Shown here: positions 36,425-46,272 of the stretch, in pieces | Layout: the number at the start of each line of letters is the position of its first letter | Position numbering within the stretch: the stretch's first letter is position 1 | Origin: Candidatus Kapaibacterium sp. | GTDB lineage: Bacteria > Patescibacteriota > Patescibacteriia > UBA9934 | Reading direction: 5' to 3' | NCBI GenBank assembly: GCA_044350705.1 | Contig: JBILHA010000002.1 | Coordinates: forward strand, 242,295-306,294 | DNA: 64,000 nucleotides | Made by a program: the position numbers and the translations under genes | Notes under the pieces: generated by a model | Database searches by the model: none | Told to the model about the DNA's origin: nothing | Seen by the model: only the letters and a program-made list of their open reading frames with translations

Positions 36425-37396
36425 ATGCGCGTTTTTACATTGGGGGATATTAAGCGCGATACGTTTGTCGCCTTGCCTGATGCAAGTCTGTTTTGTAAAA
36501 AGCAAGATCCTTCTTGCTCACTTTGTTTTTCTTACGGAGAAAAGATACCTGTAGGCGCATTTTTTTCTCAAATTGCCGGCACCGCTCCGAATGTTGCGAT
36601 TGGATTGAAGAAACTGAACTTTGCAGCGGGAGTTATTAGCAGCATTGGTACTGATCAGGATGCACAAGATGCGCTCACCTTTTTAGCACATGCAGGCATT
36701 GATACTTCATATATTTCCCAAATTCATACTTCGCACATGACGCATGCGGTTGTGCTCAATTTTAAAGGAGAATCCACCCAGCTTGTTGCAGAAAATAATA
36801 CTCTTCATGTTTTTCCTCACAAGCTTCCCGCCGCTGATCTTCTCCATATTTCTGAGATTGGAAAAGGGTACAAAAAAATCTTTCGAGACATTCTTGCATA
36901 CCATAAAAAAACAAAAACACCGTTGAGCATCAATCCGGGTGCTATCCAAATTCGTGATCGATCGCGAGAGCTTCTTGCACTCATTCAAGCGAGCAGCATC
37001 CTTTTTGTAAACAGAAAAGAAGCCACACTTCTCACGAAGCTCCCCTCCTCCGCATCTCCCAAAAAGCTTCTCTCAGCACTTCTTGCACTCGGGCCTCACA
37101 CGGTCATCATGACCGATGGCATGCAAGGTGCGTACGCGGCAAATACACAACAGCGCTTTTTTGCGCCTCTTTTTCCCGGAGAACGAAAGGAAGCGACCGG
37201 TGCGGGTGACGCTTTCTCTGCGGGCGTTCTTGGAGCCCTGTTAGCAAAGAAGCCTCTTTCTGAAGCGCTTGCATGGGGCTCCGTCAATGCAACTTCAGTC
37301 ATTGCGTACATCGGACCCACTGCTGGCCTTCTTCATGCGAAAGAAATCACCAAGCGTTTACGACAAGAAGAGGGTTACCGGGTACAATCTCTTTAA
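36425..37396 (+). CDS. PfkB-family carbohydrate kinase (ribokinase-like)
   Basis: GAGDAFSAGVLGALL C-terminal PfkB signature. Confidence 0.75.
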   Translation: MRVFTLGDIKRDTFVALPDASLFCKKQDPSCSLCFSYGEKIPVGAFFSQIAGTAPNVAIGLKKLNFAAGVISSIGTDQDAQDALTFLAHAGIDTSYISQIHTSHMTHAVVLNFKGESTQLVAENNTLHVFPHKLPAADLLHISEIGKGYKKIFRDILAYHKKTKTPLSINPGAIQIRDRSRELLALIQASSILFVNRKEATLLTKLPSSASPKKLLSALLALGPHTVIMTDGMQGAYAANTQQRFFAPLFPGERKEATGAGDAFSAGVLGALLAKKPLSEALAWGSVNATSVIAYIGPTAGLLHAKEITKRLRQEEGYRVQSL

Positions 37397-37401
37397 CTTC
37401 T

Positions 37402-38241
37402 ATGGCAACGTTCATCCTTCCTTTTGATCATCGCTCAGGTCTTGCAAAAGAAATCATGGAGACGACCTATCCTTTTTCTCCCGCAGATCGTCAGCGAGCG
37501 CAGGAACTAAAACGCGTTATTTATGATGCATTTCTCGAAGTGCGCCATGCGTATGACGGAAATGATGTACTTGGGATTCTTATCGACGAAGAAACGGGAT
37601 CTCAGATTCTTCATGACGCTCATCATCACGGTATTTTTAACATCCTTACTCTTGAAGCGAGTGGCGAACCTACCTTCCGCCTTCAGTATGGAGACCAATC
37701 CTCTCAGCGCATTCGCATGATTGGCGCGTCGATGGGAAAAGTGCTTCTTCGCTTTCCGGGACTTCCCGAAAAGCATGATCGTCAGCTGCAGGTTCTTCAG
37801 GCCATCCATGCACAGCTCACCAAAGCCGGGCAACGTCTTCTCATTGAGCTTCTTTCTACCGGAAGCGAAGATGAAAGAGAGGACTTCCTTGTTCATACGA
37901 TACGTATTGCAACCGAAATGGGCATTATCCCTGAATTTTGGAAAGTAGAAAGCCTTCCTACCGAACAAGCTTGGAAAAAGGTAAAAAGCGTCTGCCATGA
38001 TTCATCCGGTATTCTTCTTTTGGGAAGAGGTGAAGATCGGGCACACGTGGAAGAGGCGGTAAAGACCGCCGTACGATGCAAAGAACAAGGAAAGAATCTT
38101 GTTGATGGATTCGCTATTGGGCGTACGCTTTTTGCCGATGAACTTCGTAAACTTGTAGCAGGGAAAATGAAGCGAAAAGATGCAGTTCATGCCATTGCAG
38201 AGAATTTTCATTCCATGATTCGTCTTTGGAAATCCGTATGA
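37402..38241 (+). CDS. Hypothetical TIM-barrel/aldolase-like protein (DUF2090-like), uncertain
   Basis: 280 aa, located between two PfkB kinases. Assignment is by context and overall pattern only. Confidence 0.35.
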   Translation: MATFILPFDHRSGLAKEIMETTYPFSPADRQRAQELKRVIYDAFLEVRHAYDGNDVLGILIDEETGSQILHDAHHHGIFNILTLEASGEPTFRLQYGDQSSQRIRMIGASMGKVLLRFPGLPEKHDRQLQVLQAIHAQLTKAGQRLLIELLSTGSEDEREDFLVHTIRIATEMGIIPEFWKVESLPTEQAWKKVKSVCHDSSGILLLGRGEDRAHVEEAVKTAVRCKEQGKNLVDGFAIGRTLFADELRKLVAGKMKRKDAVHAIAENFHSMIRLWKSV

Positions 38242-39218
38242 GTTCTGGCGGCATTCTTACCGTAGGTGCGGCAGTGCGAGATGTATTTCTTACCTCTCCT
38301 GAATTTCGTGTCCTTCGCTCTCCTCAGTTTTCTACGGGGTATGCAGAATGTGTAACTCTCGGTGCAAAAATTGATATCGAAGATTGTGTCTTTGCTACGG
38401 GAGGGGGAGCCACGAATGCTGCAGCGACCTTCGCGCATCTTGGATTTTCCTCCAGCGTTCTTGCAAAAATTGGCGATGATGAACCTGGGCAAGCTATTCT
38501 TCGCGATCTTCATGCGCATGGCGTCTCATCTTCTTTCGTCAAAAAGGAACGAAAAGGAAGAACGGGCTACAGCACGCTTCTTACCACCATCGATGGCGAG
38601 CGCACCGTCCTCGTGTTTCGCGGCGTCAGCGCGGAATGGAAGGCAAGCGATATTCCTCAACTTCCCGATTCTCTTCAAGCGCTTTATATTACCTCTTTGG
38701 GCGGGAACATGGAGGCTTTAGCAAAAATTCTTGATCGTGCACAAAAAAAGAAGCTTCGCGTTGCCCTTAATCCTGGATCTGCAGAACTCAAGCAAGGATC
38801 TGCGCTTTTGCGTCTTCTTTCGGGCGTTTCTGTTCTCATTCTCAATAAAGAAGAAGCTCAACTTCTCACCGCAAAGGCAAAAGCAGATGTTCCCACCCTT
38901 GCAGCAACCTTGCATCGTCATTGCCCGCTTGTCGTTCTTACCGATGGAACTCAAGGAAGCTACGCACACGACGCACACCATTTATGGTTCGCGCGAACTT
39001 CAAAAGTAAAATCCATTTCTCGCACGGGCGCCGGCGATGCGTTTGGATCCGGTTTTTTTGCCGCGTATCTTCATGGACTTGATACTGCCACCGCATTGCA
39101 AGTGGGTACGCTCAATGCAGAGGGTGTCATCCAGCATGTCGGCGCGAAGGCTGGTATACTACGTGCATGGCCAAGCAAGGCAATGCGCATGCGAATTCAC
39201 GTGACCTCGCGGTCGTAA
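38238..39218 (+). CDS. PfkB-family carbohydrate kinase (second copy)
   Basis: TGAGDAFGSGFFAAYLHGL signature. Confidence 0.75.
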   Translation: MSSGGILTVGAAVRDVFLTSPEFRVLRSPQFSTGYAECVTLGAKIDIEDCVFATGGGATNAAATFAHLGFSSSVLAKIGDDEPGQAILRDLHAHGVSSSFVKKERKGRTGYSTLLTTIDGERTVLVFRGVSAEWKASDIPQLPDSLQALYITSLGGNMEALAKILDRAQKKKLRVALNPGSAELKQGSALLRLLSGVSVLILNKEEAQLLTAKAKADVPTLAATLHRHCPLVVLTDGTQGSYAHDAHHLWFARTSKVKSISRTGAGDAFGSGFFAAYLHGLDTATALQVGTLNAEGVIQHVGAKAGILRAWPSKAMRMRIHVTSRS

Positions 39219-39244
39219 GCAATCGACCACAGAGTCACAAAGTC

Positions 39245-39895
39245 ATGGAGGGGCTTTTGTTGTTAAGTGCTCTGGGTATTTTGGTTATTATCTTTTCGTT
39301 TTTTGCTCTTGAGCTTCATTCACTCTCGGAGAATGCTATCGCGCGAAGCCGATCCACTCCCCCGTCTTCCTCTTCCTCTCTTACTCCCCCTCGCGTAGAA
39401 GCTCGCGTCATCGGCTCAGAGCTTCTTCTTATGGAAATTGATGGGGTTGGAAACCCACTTCGCACCCTCTACGCTTCTGATCTTTCCGATGAGATTGCTG
39501 ATTTTACCCTCTTTGCCGTTCCTCAAACCGGATATCAGGGATTTATCTACGTTCGTCCCATCGTTGATGGAAATCTCCCCAATCTCAAAGTCTATCCTCT
39601 CGATGTAGAAAGTGGCACCTTAAAGGCTGCAACGCTCAGCGTACCTGCTGATGAATACCTCGTCTCAGCAGATGAAACCCTGGTAGGCGTCAGGGATGGG
39701 AACACTCTTTTTCTCTACGCTCTTGAAGACGGAGCACTTGTTGCCGAAGGAGAAATCTCAGCCGATTGGAGGGATCAACTTACTGTAGGAAACGCTACTC
39801 TTGTTCTGAACGCAGACTCTTGTCTTTCTCTCACTCTTCAGACTCCTCTCGCTGAAGAACAAGCGATCGATCCTTTCGAAAGCGTCTGTCCTTAA
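39245..39895 (+). CDS. Hypothetical membrane-anchored secreted protein
   Basis: N-terminal TM MEGLLLLSALGILVIIFSFFAL. Confidence 0.4.
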   Translation: MEGLLLLSALGILVIIFSFFALELHSLSENAIARSRSTPPSSSSSLTPPRVEARVIGSELLLMEIDGVGNPLRTLYASDLSDEIADFTLFAVPQTGYQGFIYVRPIVDGNLPNLKVYPLDVESGTLKAATLSVPADEYLVSADETLVGVRDGNTLFLYALEDGALVAEGEISADWRDQLTVGNATLVLNADSCLSLTLQTPLAEEQAIDPFESVCP

Positions 39896-39899
39896 TTCT

Positions 39900-40088
39900 A
39901 TGGCGAAATCTTCTCAAGCACTTCCTGCTAAGCTCTCCACTTGGATCATCATGCTTCTCGTGTGGAATATCGCTCTTTTAAGCATTGCCATTTTTTATCT
40001 CCTCAAAATGACCCAGACCCCTCTTTCTTCTGCCGATCTTGCACGCGAATGCAGCGAGGCTATCCTCTCTATCTCTCCCTCTCTATGA
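39900..40088 (+). CDS. Small hydrophobic protein (62 aa), translationally coupled to the next gene (ATGA overlap)
   Basis: TM segment WIIMLLVWNIALLSIAIFYLL. Stop overlaps the ATG at 40085. Confidence 0.35.
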   Translation: MAKSSQALPAKLSTWIIMLLVWNIALLSIAIFYLLKMTQTPLSSADLARECSEAILSISPSL

Positions 40089-40741
40089 TCACCTCTCGCG
40101 CATTTATTCCGTTTATTCTCTGTACACTCGCGCTTTCTTTGGCAGCGGTAGCTCTCATTGTCAATGGCGCTCTTCGTACCCCTCAGGCAGAAGAGATTGC
40201 CGCTCTCTGCGGAGAGCGTTTTGCTGCCGCACTTCAGCCGGCAGACTGCCCTGAGCCTGCAGCGCCCGCACAAGAAATAAGCACTGTCGCTCCCAGCGCT
40301 TCGCATCCAGGATTTTCTTATCCTTATGGCTGGAATGCGATTGCAACAACGACTCCTCTTCTTGCCGGAGAAGAGAGAACGGATATCCGTCTTACGTTTG
40401 GCGGTCTTTTCTTTCTCTGTGATACCTGCACAGAAGGCGTCATCATTACGCTTTCTCAAGAGCCTTTTGTCCTCGATGCAACGCAAACGCTGGATACCTA
40501 TATCTCTTCTCTCTACACCTCTGTTCCCGGTGCAGATATCCAAAAAGAAACCTTCGGAGGAAATAAAACGAAGTACACCATCAACGGCATTTCCCCTACT
40601 GACGGCCCCTTTACCCATATTATCGCCTTTGGAGCAACGTCAAAAGCTGAGGTTCTTCTTCCTGCATCCGACCTTCTTCCTCAGGGTGTTGCGGAACGAG
40701 CGGCATTCATTTCCTCTCTCGACTTTTCTCTCCTTCCCTAA
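40085..40741 (+). CDS. Hypothetical membrane-anchored protein
   Basis: N-terminal TM FIPFILCTLALSLAAVALIV. Confidence 0.4.
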   Translation: MITSRAFIPFILCTLALSLAAVALIVNGALRTPQAEEIAALCGERFAAALQPADCPEPAAPAQEISTVAPSASHPGFSYPYGWNAIATTTPLLAGEERTDIRLTFGGLFFLCDTCTEGVIITLSQEPFVLDATQTLDTYISSLYTSVPGADIQKETFGGNKTKYTINGISPTDGPFTHIIAFGATSKAEVLLPASDLLPQGVAERAAFISSLDFSLLP

Positions 40742-40749
40742 CACTTTCT

Positions 40750-41739
40750 ATGTCCGCCCTCCGTGTTTTCGTGACTCGTCGTATTCCCGATGCAGGACTC
40801 AAGCTTCTTAAAAAGAACCGCTCTCTTGCTCTTGATATCTACGAAGAGGACCGTGCAATTCCTCGAAAGGAGCTCTTGAAGCGCGTAAAGCATGCGGATA
40901 TTCTTCTTTCTCTTCTTACTGACCGTATTGATGAGGAGGTCATGGATACGGCACCCCACCTGCAAATGATCGCAAATTATGCAGTAGGTTTTGATAATAT
41001 CGATCTTCGTGCTGCGGCAAGACGCGACATTACCGTCACTAATACCCCTGTCCCCGAGGTCTCCGAAACGGTTGCGGAGCATGCCATCGCTCTCATCTTC
41101 GGCCTTGCGCATCGTGTTGTCGAAAGCGATGCTTTTACTCGCGCAGGAAAATATCATGGATGGGGACCGCAAATGCTCCTCGGAACAGATGTTGCCGGAA
41201 AAACATTAGGCATTGTTGGTGGAGGCGCCATTGGCAGCGCCCTTGCGCGTCGCATGCATGACGGTTTTGATGTGCGCATTCTTTATCACGATCTCAAACG
41301 TAACAGCCTTTTAGAGACCGCCTATGATGCTACGTCCGTTTCTCTTTCCAAGCTTTTACAAGAGAGTGACTTTGTCAGTCTCCATGTTCCCCTTCTGCCT
41401 TCTACCCGACACCTTATTAGCACGTCGGAGCTCAGACTCATGAAAAAAACCGCTTTTCTCATCAATACTTCACGCGGGCCAATCGTAGATGAGAAAGCAC
41501 TCACCCGCGCCCTTCTCAAGGGCACCATTGGTGGCGCAGGGCTCGACGTCTTTGAATGCGAGCCTCTTATTGATTGTGACCCTACGGATACGCTTGAACT
41601 CAGAAAGCTTCCCAATGTAATTCTTACTCCGCATACGGCAAGCGCTACCCATGAATCTCGTGATGCCATGAGTATCTGCGCAGCAAAGAATATTTTGGCT
41701 TATATTTCCGGAAAAAGACCGGAAAACTTGGTCCACTAG
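40750..41739 (+). CDS. D-isomer-specific 2-hydroxyacid dehydrogenase (glyoxylate/hydroxypyruvate reductase or PGDH-like)
   Basis: GIVGGGAIGSALARRM Rossmann motif; catalytic His/Glu region; 329 aa. Confidence 0.8.
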   Translation: MSALRVFVTRRIPDAGLKLLKKNRSLALDIYEEDRAIPRKELLKRVKHADILLSLLTDRIDEEVMDTAPHLQMIANYAVGFDNIDLRAAARRDITVTNTPVPEVSETVAEHAIALIFGLAHRVVESDAFTRAGKYHGWGPQMLLGTDVAGKTLGIVGGGAIGSALARRMHDGFDVRILYHDLKRNSLLETAYDATSVSLSKLLQESDFVSLHVPLLPSTRHLISTSELRLMKKTAFLINTSRGPIVDEKALTRALLKGTIGGAGLDVFECEPLIDCDPTDTLELRKLPNVILTPHTASATHESRDAMSICAAKNILAYISGKRPENLVH

Positions 41740-41785
41740 GGTTCTTGCCAGATTTTTTTCTGTCGTGTATAGTTTCTGCGCTTGA

Positions 41786-41861
41786 GGGCCTTTAGCTCAG
41801 TTGGTAGAGCGCCACATTTGCAATGTGGATGTCATCGGTTCGAATCCGATAAGGTCCACCA
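41786..41861 (+). tRNA. tRNA-Ala, anticodon UGC
   Basis: GGGCCTTTAGCTCAGTTGGTAGAGCGCCACATTTGCAATGTGG...GGTTCGAATCCGATAAGGTCCACCA. G3-U70 identity pair; anticodon loop TTTGCAA; CCA encoded. Confidence 0.9.
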
Positions 41862-41863
41862 AA

Positions 41864-41912
41864 AAATCCCCCACTTCGCTCATTCCTGAGCTTTGCTAGG
41901 GGATTTTTTATT
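41864..41912. terminator. Terminator hairpin after tRNA-Ala; also 3-prime of the convergent vanW-like gene
   Basis: aaaaatcccc ... ggggatttttta stem flanked by A/T runs. Confidence 0.5.
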
Positions 41913-42736
41913 TAGGGTAGTCGAATCACCGGAATATCAGGGTTAGGGATGTACTTTACTTCGCTGTGATTTTTGTAGAGAAGGCGTTCGTCAACGTATT
42001 TTCCGGTTTTACGATCGATGCGTGCTTGGTAAAGCGCGTTTTCTCGGTAGTACTTTTTTTCGTGCGCAACGTAGGTGAATTTATGATCGCGTTCAATAAC
42101 CTTGTACGAATACGGGAGCGGTTCTGTGGTGCGGAGTTCGCCCTGAAGATGCGTATCATCGAGCCACACGCAGATTTGGATGGGTTGGTTTGTGGGGTTG
42201 TAAAATTTGAGGTCGATATAGTTATAAAAGATGGTGGCTCCGCTTCCAAACGGGAGCACGCGACCTGAATCGGGAAAGGCGTCGAAGCTGTGATGATAGC
42301 GTTCGCTTACCACAAGTGGAGAGTGGAGCGCCATCCAATGCAACAGGTTTGCGAGCTGGCACAGTCCCCCGCCCACTCCTTCGATAACTTCGCCTTGAGA
42401 AAGGAGCATGCCGGGAACATATCCCCGGAGGCGTGAGGCGCGCCCCACGGATCGCCACAGCGAAAATGTTTCACCGGGAGCCATCACGATATGCGTCATC
42501 CGGTTCGAGGCGATGCGAAGGTTTTTTACTTTGTTGTACTGCAGTCGCATGTCAGCGTTTCCGAGCCTGCGCAAGAGCAGAGATTCGTGGCGCGTGATGA
42601 CCACGGGGAGTTTTTCTTTTTTTCTTCGTGTTGCCAACCGAACGTTGCCAAACCACCACGAAAACATGCGCCGCATCCGATGTGTTTCAACGGCTATAAA
42701 GTATAAAAAGGGGTGTTTTTTACGTGAAATTGGCAC
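41912..42736 (-). CDS. VanW-family protein
   Basis: GGGLCQLANLLHW matches the VanW GGGVCQ signature. Confidence 0.65.
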   Translation of the reverse strand: MPISRKKHPFLYFIAVETHRMRRMFSWWFGNVRLATRRKKEKLPVVITRHESLLLRRLGNADMRLQYNKVKNLRIASNRMTHIVMAPGETFSLWRSVGRASRLRGYVPGMLLSQGEVIEGVGGGLCQLANLLHWMALHSPLVVSERYHHSFDAFPDSGRVLPFGSGATIFYNYIDLKFYNPTNQPIQICVWLDDTHLQGELRTTEPLPYSYKVIERDHKFTYVAHEKKYYRENALYQARIDRKTGKYVDERLLYKNHSEVKYIPNPDIPVIRLP

Positions 42737-42927
42737 AAATCATTGACAAAAATGGTCTTTTTTGGTATAGTATTCGGTTCGTTTCCTGGAGATATCCTGC
42801 ATGCGAATCCTTGCCTCATGTCTTGCGCAGTCCTGTACATGATGTGTAAGCCGCGTGAAGAGGACTTTCTGGGGAAGAACGCTGACGAAACGCCGCAAGG
42901 CGCTTTTTTCATTTATACTACCTGTAT

Positions 42928-44208
42928 ATGCAATGGCGCCTTGCCCTTTCTTTCAGTGTTCTTTTCCTTTTCTGTTCAGCTATTCCTTACTTTGCACAGG
43001 CTGCCTCCTCACCACTTCTTACTCTTGAAAAAGATGGCACGGTTATTGGCATGTTCTCTCCAGAAATTTCTTCCGTCAGCTCCTTAGCCTTGGCAGATTT
43101 AGGTACTGATGGAATTAGCGAGATGGTTGTTGCTACCGGATATGGTACACCAACAAAAATATATGCCCTCAGAAAAGATGGAACGATTATCGGGTCCTTC
43201 TCTCCTTATCAAGAAAACTTTGCAGGAGGTGCATCGGTGAGCGTGTGCGATCTTGATCACGACGGAGTCAATGAAATCATTACCGGAGCAGGCTTCTCAG
43301 GAGGACCTCATGTGCGTATTTTTCATCATGATGGTACTCCGACTGGAACGCACTTTTTTGCTTATGACGAAGCGTTCCGCGGTGGAGTGAACATCCTTTG
43401 TACGGACATTACCGGGGATGGAAATGCCGACATCATTACGACACCTGGGCCAACAGGAGGACCTCACGTAAAAGTTTTTTCTTCTACAGGTACCCTCGTT
43501 GACGAGCTTTCTCTCGATGGTTTTCCAAGAAATTCCGGTCTCACTCCTTATGCCCTTCCTCACGATCCAAAAACGATATACGTCGTGCCTTCGGCGTACT
43601 CGACCCCTCTTGTAGGAACTCTCGGCTTTGCTCACGATACTCTTTCACTCTTTTCTTCTGAACAGAAAGGTGAAGAAATGACACCCCCTCTTTCTCTTAC
43701 GAGCTATGACGGCTCTACGCTCTCTGTATCGCATTCAACGGTCAGTGCAGCTGCATGGAGTGAGGGGTCTTTTTATCGATTGAGTGCGGTCCCAACAACC
43801 GCCCTCGCATCTGATACTTCTCCCAAATATATTCATGTCGATATTTCTACTCAAACCCTGACGGCATACGAGTACGGCATTCCTGCATTCTCATTTCTTG
43901 TTTCAACAGGAGTTGCGACGCATCCTACTCCCCTTGGAAAAACGGAGGTCATCGCAAAACTTCCTTCTCATGATTACGTCTGGTACTACGGCGCGAACAA
44001 TCCTTCGAACTACAATATTCCTAACGTCCTTTGGAATCTGCGCTTCAGAAAGCATTACTACATTCACTCTGCATACTGGCATAACAACTTTGGACATCGC
44101 ATGAGTCATGGATGTGTAAATGTCAGCATCCCTAACGCAGAAAAAATCTTCCATTGGGCAGAGGTGGGAACGCCCGTAGAAATTACAGATTCAACATTCG
44201 CGTTATAA
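42928..44208 (+). CDS. Secreted FG-GAP/VCBS-repeat protein with C-terminal L,D-transpeptidase (YkuD) domain
   Basis: Repeats DLGTDGISEMVV, CDLDHDGVNEIITGAGFSGGPHVRIF, TDITGDGNADIITTPGPTGGPHVKVF. C-terminal HSAYWHNNFGHRMSHGCVNV catalytic His/Cys. Confidence 0.75.
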   Translation: MQWRLALSFSVLFLFCSAIPYFAQAASSPLLTLEKDGTVIGMFSPEISSVSSLALADLGTDGISEMVVATGYGTPTKIYALRKDGTIIGSFSPYQENFAGGASVSVCDLDHDGVNEIITGAGFSGGPHVRIFHHDGTPTGTHFFAYDEAFRGGVNILCTDITGDGNADIITTPGPTGGPHVKVFSSTGTLVDELSLDGFPRNSGLTPYALPHDPKTIYVVPSAYSTPLVGTLGFAHDTLSLFSSEQKGEEMTPPLSLTSYDGSTLSVSHSTVSAAAWSEGSFYRLSAVPTTALASDTSPKYIHVDISTQTLTAYEYGIPAFSFLVSTGVATHPTPLGKTEVIAKLPSHDYVWYYGANNPSNYNIPNVLWNLRFRKHYYIHSAYWHNNFGHRMSHGCVNVSIPNAEKIFHWAEVGTPVEITDSTFAL

Positions 44209-44218
44209 GAAATAAAAA

Positions 44219-44245
44219 ACAACTGACGAAAGTCAGTTGTTTTTT
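44219..44245. terminator. Bidirectional rho-independent terminator
   Basis: acaactgac-gaaa-gtcagttgt perfect stem with GAAA loop, then ttttt. Confidence 0.75.
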
Positions 44246-44299
44246 ATGATAAGCATCTCCTTCTCGTGTTTTCACGACACATGCTCATCGAGTAAGTAC

Positions 44300-44443
44300 C
44301 TAGCGTCGCTTTGCAACTTTCTTTGCAACTTTCTTTGCTGCAACTTTACGCTTAGGTGCGGCCTTCTTAGCTGCCTTGCGAACTACTTTCTTCGCTGGCT
44401 TGCGTGCCGCCACCTTCTTTGCTGCTTTCTTGGCCATGGCCAT
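44300..44443 (-). CDS. Small Lys/Ala-rich basic protein (47 aa), histone H1-like or DNA/RNA-binding tail
   Basis: Not in the ORF track (under 60 aa). The reverse complement translates to MAMAKKAAKKVAARKPAKKVVRKAAKKAAPKRKVAAKKVAKKVAKRR followed by TAG. Confidence 0.45.
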   Translation of the reverse strand: MAMAKKAAKKVAARKPAKKVVRKAAKKAAPKRKVAAKKVAKKVAKRR

Positions 44444-44524
44444 ATGATCAAGTGGCGTTACTCGCGATAATTTTCGCGACTAGTAAATAGTATAAAGTGT
44501 TTTTTGCATTTTCTTTATTTTGTA

Positions 44525-44863
44525 TCACTCATACTGTGCATAACTTACAACAATTTTTCTTGCACATGCATTGTTTTTTTCAAATTGTGGCACGCCATAT
44601 ACACCATCGTATCCTGCACGCCATGAAATCTTTTCTTCTCGCATGCGCACCACTGCATCTGCAACGCGCTCATCACTGAGCGAAAGGAGATCTTTCGCGC
44701 TTGCATCAAGAAGCAGATGAAATTCATTTCCTCCTTGTGCAATCATGTATTCGTATATTTCCTGTACCTTCTTTGCTTGCGGTTTTTTTCCTGTTGCGAG
44801 CGCAATTATTTCGGGAAGATGAATTATCTTCCAATATGACACGTATCGCTTGATGAATTCCAA
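44525..44863 (-). CDS. Hypothetical protein (112 aa)
   Basis: ORF with balanced composition; no recognisable motif. Confidence 0.4.
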   Translation of the reverse strand: MEFIKRYVSYWKIIHLPEIIALATGKKPQAKKVQEIYEYMIAQGGNEFHLLLDASAKDLLSLSDERVADAVVRMREEKISWRAGYDGVYGVPQFEKNNACARKIVVSYAQYE

Positions 44864-44881
44864 GTTTTTTTATGGTCACTC

Positions 44882-45496
44882 CTATTTCTCCTCAAAAAGT
44901 GGTCTCGTAACCGCGCAGAAAAAAAGCGTGGTAAGTGCCAATAAACTCACCATGTATCCTATCGTACTTACTCGCAGCGCAACGTCTGTTGCAAGCACAA
45001 AAAACATCCATGCTAAACCAAGAAACCACACCACCGCGATTCCTCCGCGTACTCTTTTTTGCGGGAATACCCTCCACGCAAAAATGAGCAATGCATGAAC
45101 GATAAATACACTCGTCGCACTCGTGCTTAATACGAGCAGCGCAACTATCTCGCAAATGTATGCAAGCGTCGTGAATACCTCATGCATTTTTCCTTGGAGC
45201 CGGGTGAGTAAAAGATTCGATCCAAAGAATATCGCTATGGCTACAATCATCATCCACATCCCTCGGGTAAGCTCACTCGTGAGCACCCCAACACCTCTCG
45301 CTCCCAGAAGAGCATTCACTACATCCCCACTTTTCCATGCAAGGAAAGGAAGGGCAATTCCCATGAGACATGCTGCGCAGAAAAAAAGTGGTGCATACAT
45401 TCCCCCTAAAAGATCAAACGCTTTTTTGAGCGCGAATTGAAAAGCTTGCGCTTGTTCCTTTTCTCGGTCAAGAAATTGTTTGACGAAGGGATGCAT
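44882..45496 (-). CDS. Hypothetical polytopic membrane protein (204 aa)
   Basis: Four to five hydrophobic helices. Confidence 0.45.
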   Translation of the reverse strand: MHPFVKQFLDREKEQAQAFQFALKKAFDLLGGMYAPLFFCAACLMGIALPFLAWKSGDVVNALLGARGVGVLTSELTRGMWMMIVAIAIFFGSNLLLTRLQGKMHEVFTTLAYICEIVALLVLSTSATSVFIVHALLIFAWRVFPQKRVRGGIAVVWFLGLAWMFFVLATDVALRVSTIGYMVSLLALTTLFFCAVTRPLFEEK

Positions 45497-45501
45497 AGAT
45501 A

Positions 45502-46272
45502 TTAGGTCATGGCTTTGTACCGCTCTGCGATCGCCAACTCTTCCGGCGTATTCACGCCAATCACTGAAAGTGCGTCAGTGGTTGTCGTAAGAAGTTTTAA
45601 GCCTTCTTCAAAAGCAATGTGCACGACATCAGTAAGATAATACTCACCACTGGCATTTTTATTTGTGAGCTTTTCAAGTGCCTCTGCAAGCCACGTCGCA
45701 GGAAAGATATACATTGCGGGATTTATTTCTTGGATAGCAAGCTCTTCAGGAGATGCATCTTTCGCTTCTCTAATGTCACTCACCCTTCCTTCCTTGTCTC
45801 GCAATATTCTTCCCCAACTTCTAAACCCTTGATATTCCCCCTCGTATGAAGGAACTCTCGCGGTAAGCATGTGTACTGCAGTTGGTTCAATTCTAAACGC
45901 CTCTATCAGCTCTTGGAGCACTTGCTTCGGAAGAAAAGGATGATCCGCATTCAATACCATGATGCCATCCGCATCTTCCCAAAGGTTACGAGATGCCTTT
46001 ACGGCATCTCCCGTTCCTAATGCTTCTTGTTGAAGCGCATACTCCACTCTCTCCCCTAGCACCTCTCTAAAAAGCACTTCTCCTGAAGGAGATACTACCA
46101 CTATCGGCTTTTTCTGCTCTGAGAGATCTGTGATCGTTTCCACTAGATGCTGCACCATGGGCTTGCCTGCAATAGGGACAAGTGGTTTAGGCACTGATAA
46201 CCCCATCCGCTTTCCTTTTCCTGCTGCGAGGATAACTGTTTTTACCAGAGACATATGGAAAAATCCTATCAT
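45502..46272 (-). CDS. Sugar-phosphate nucleotidyltransferase (GlmU N-terminal-like)
   Basis: VILAAGKGKRM nucleotide-binding motif. Stop overlaps the ddl-like start. Confidence 0.7.
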   Translation of the reverse strand: MIGFFHMSLVKTVILAAGKGKRMGLSVPKPLVPIAGKPMVQHLVETITDLSEQKKPIVVVSPSGEVLFREVLGERVEYALQQEALGTGDAVKASRNLWEDADGIMVLNADHPFLPKQVLQELIEAFRIEPTAVHMLTARVPSYEGEYQGFRSWGRILRDKEGRVSDIREAKDASPEELAIQEINPAMYIFPATWLAEALEKLTNKNASGEYYLTDVVHIAFEEGLKLLTTTTDALSVIGVNTPEELAIAERYKAMT

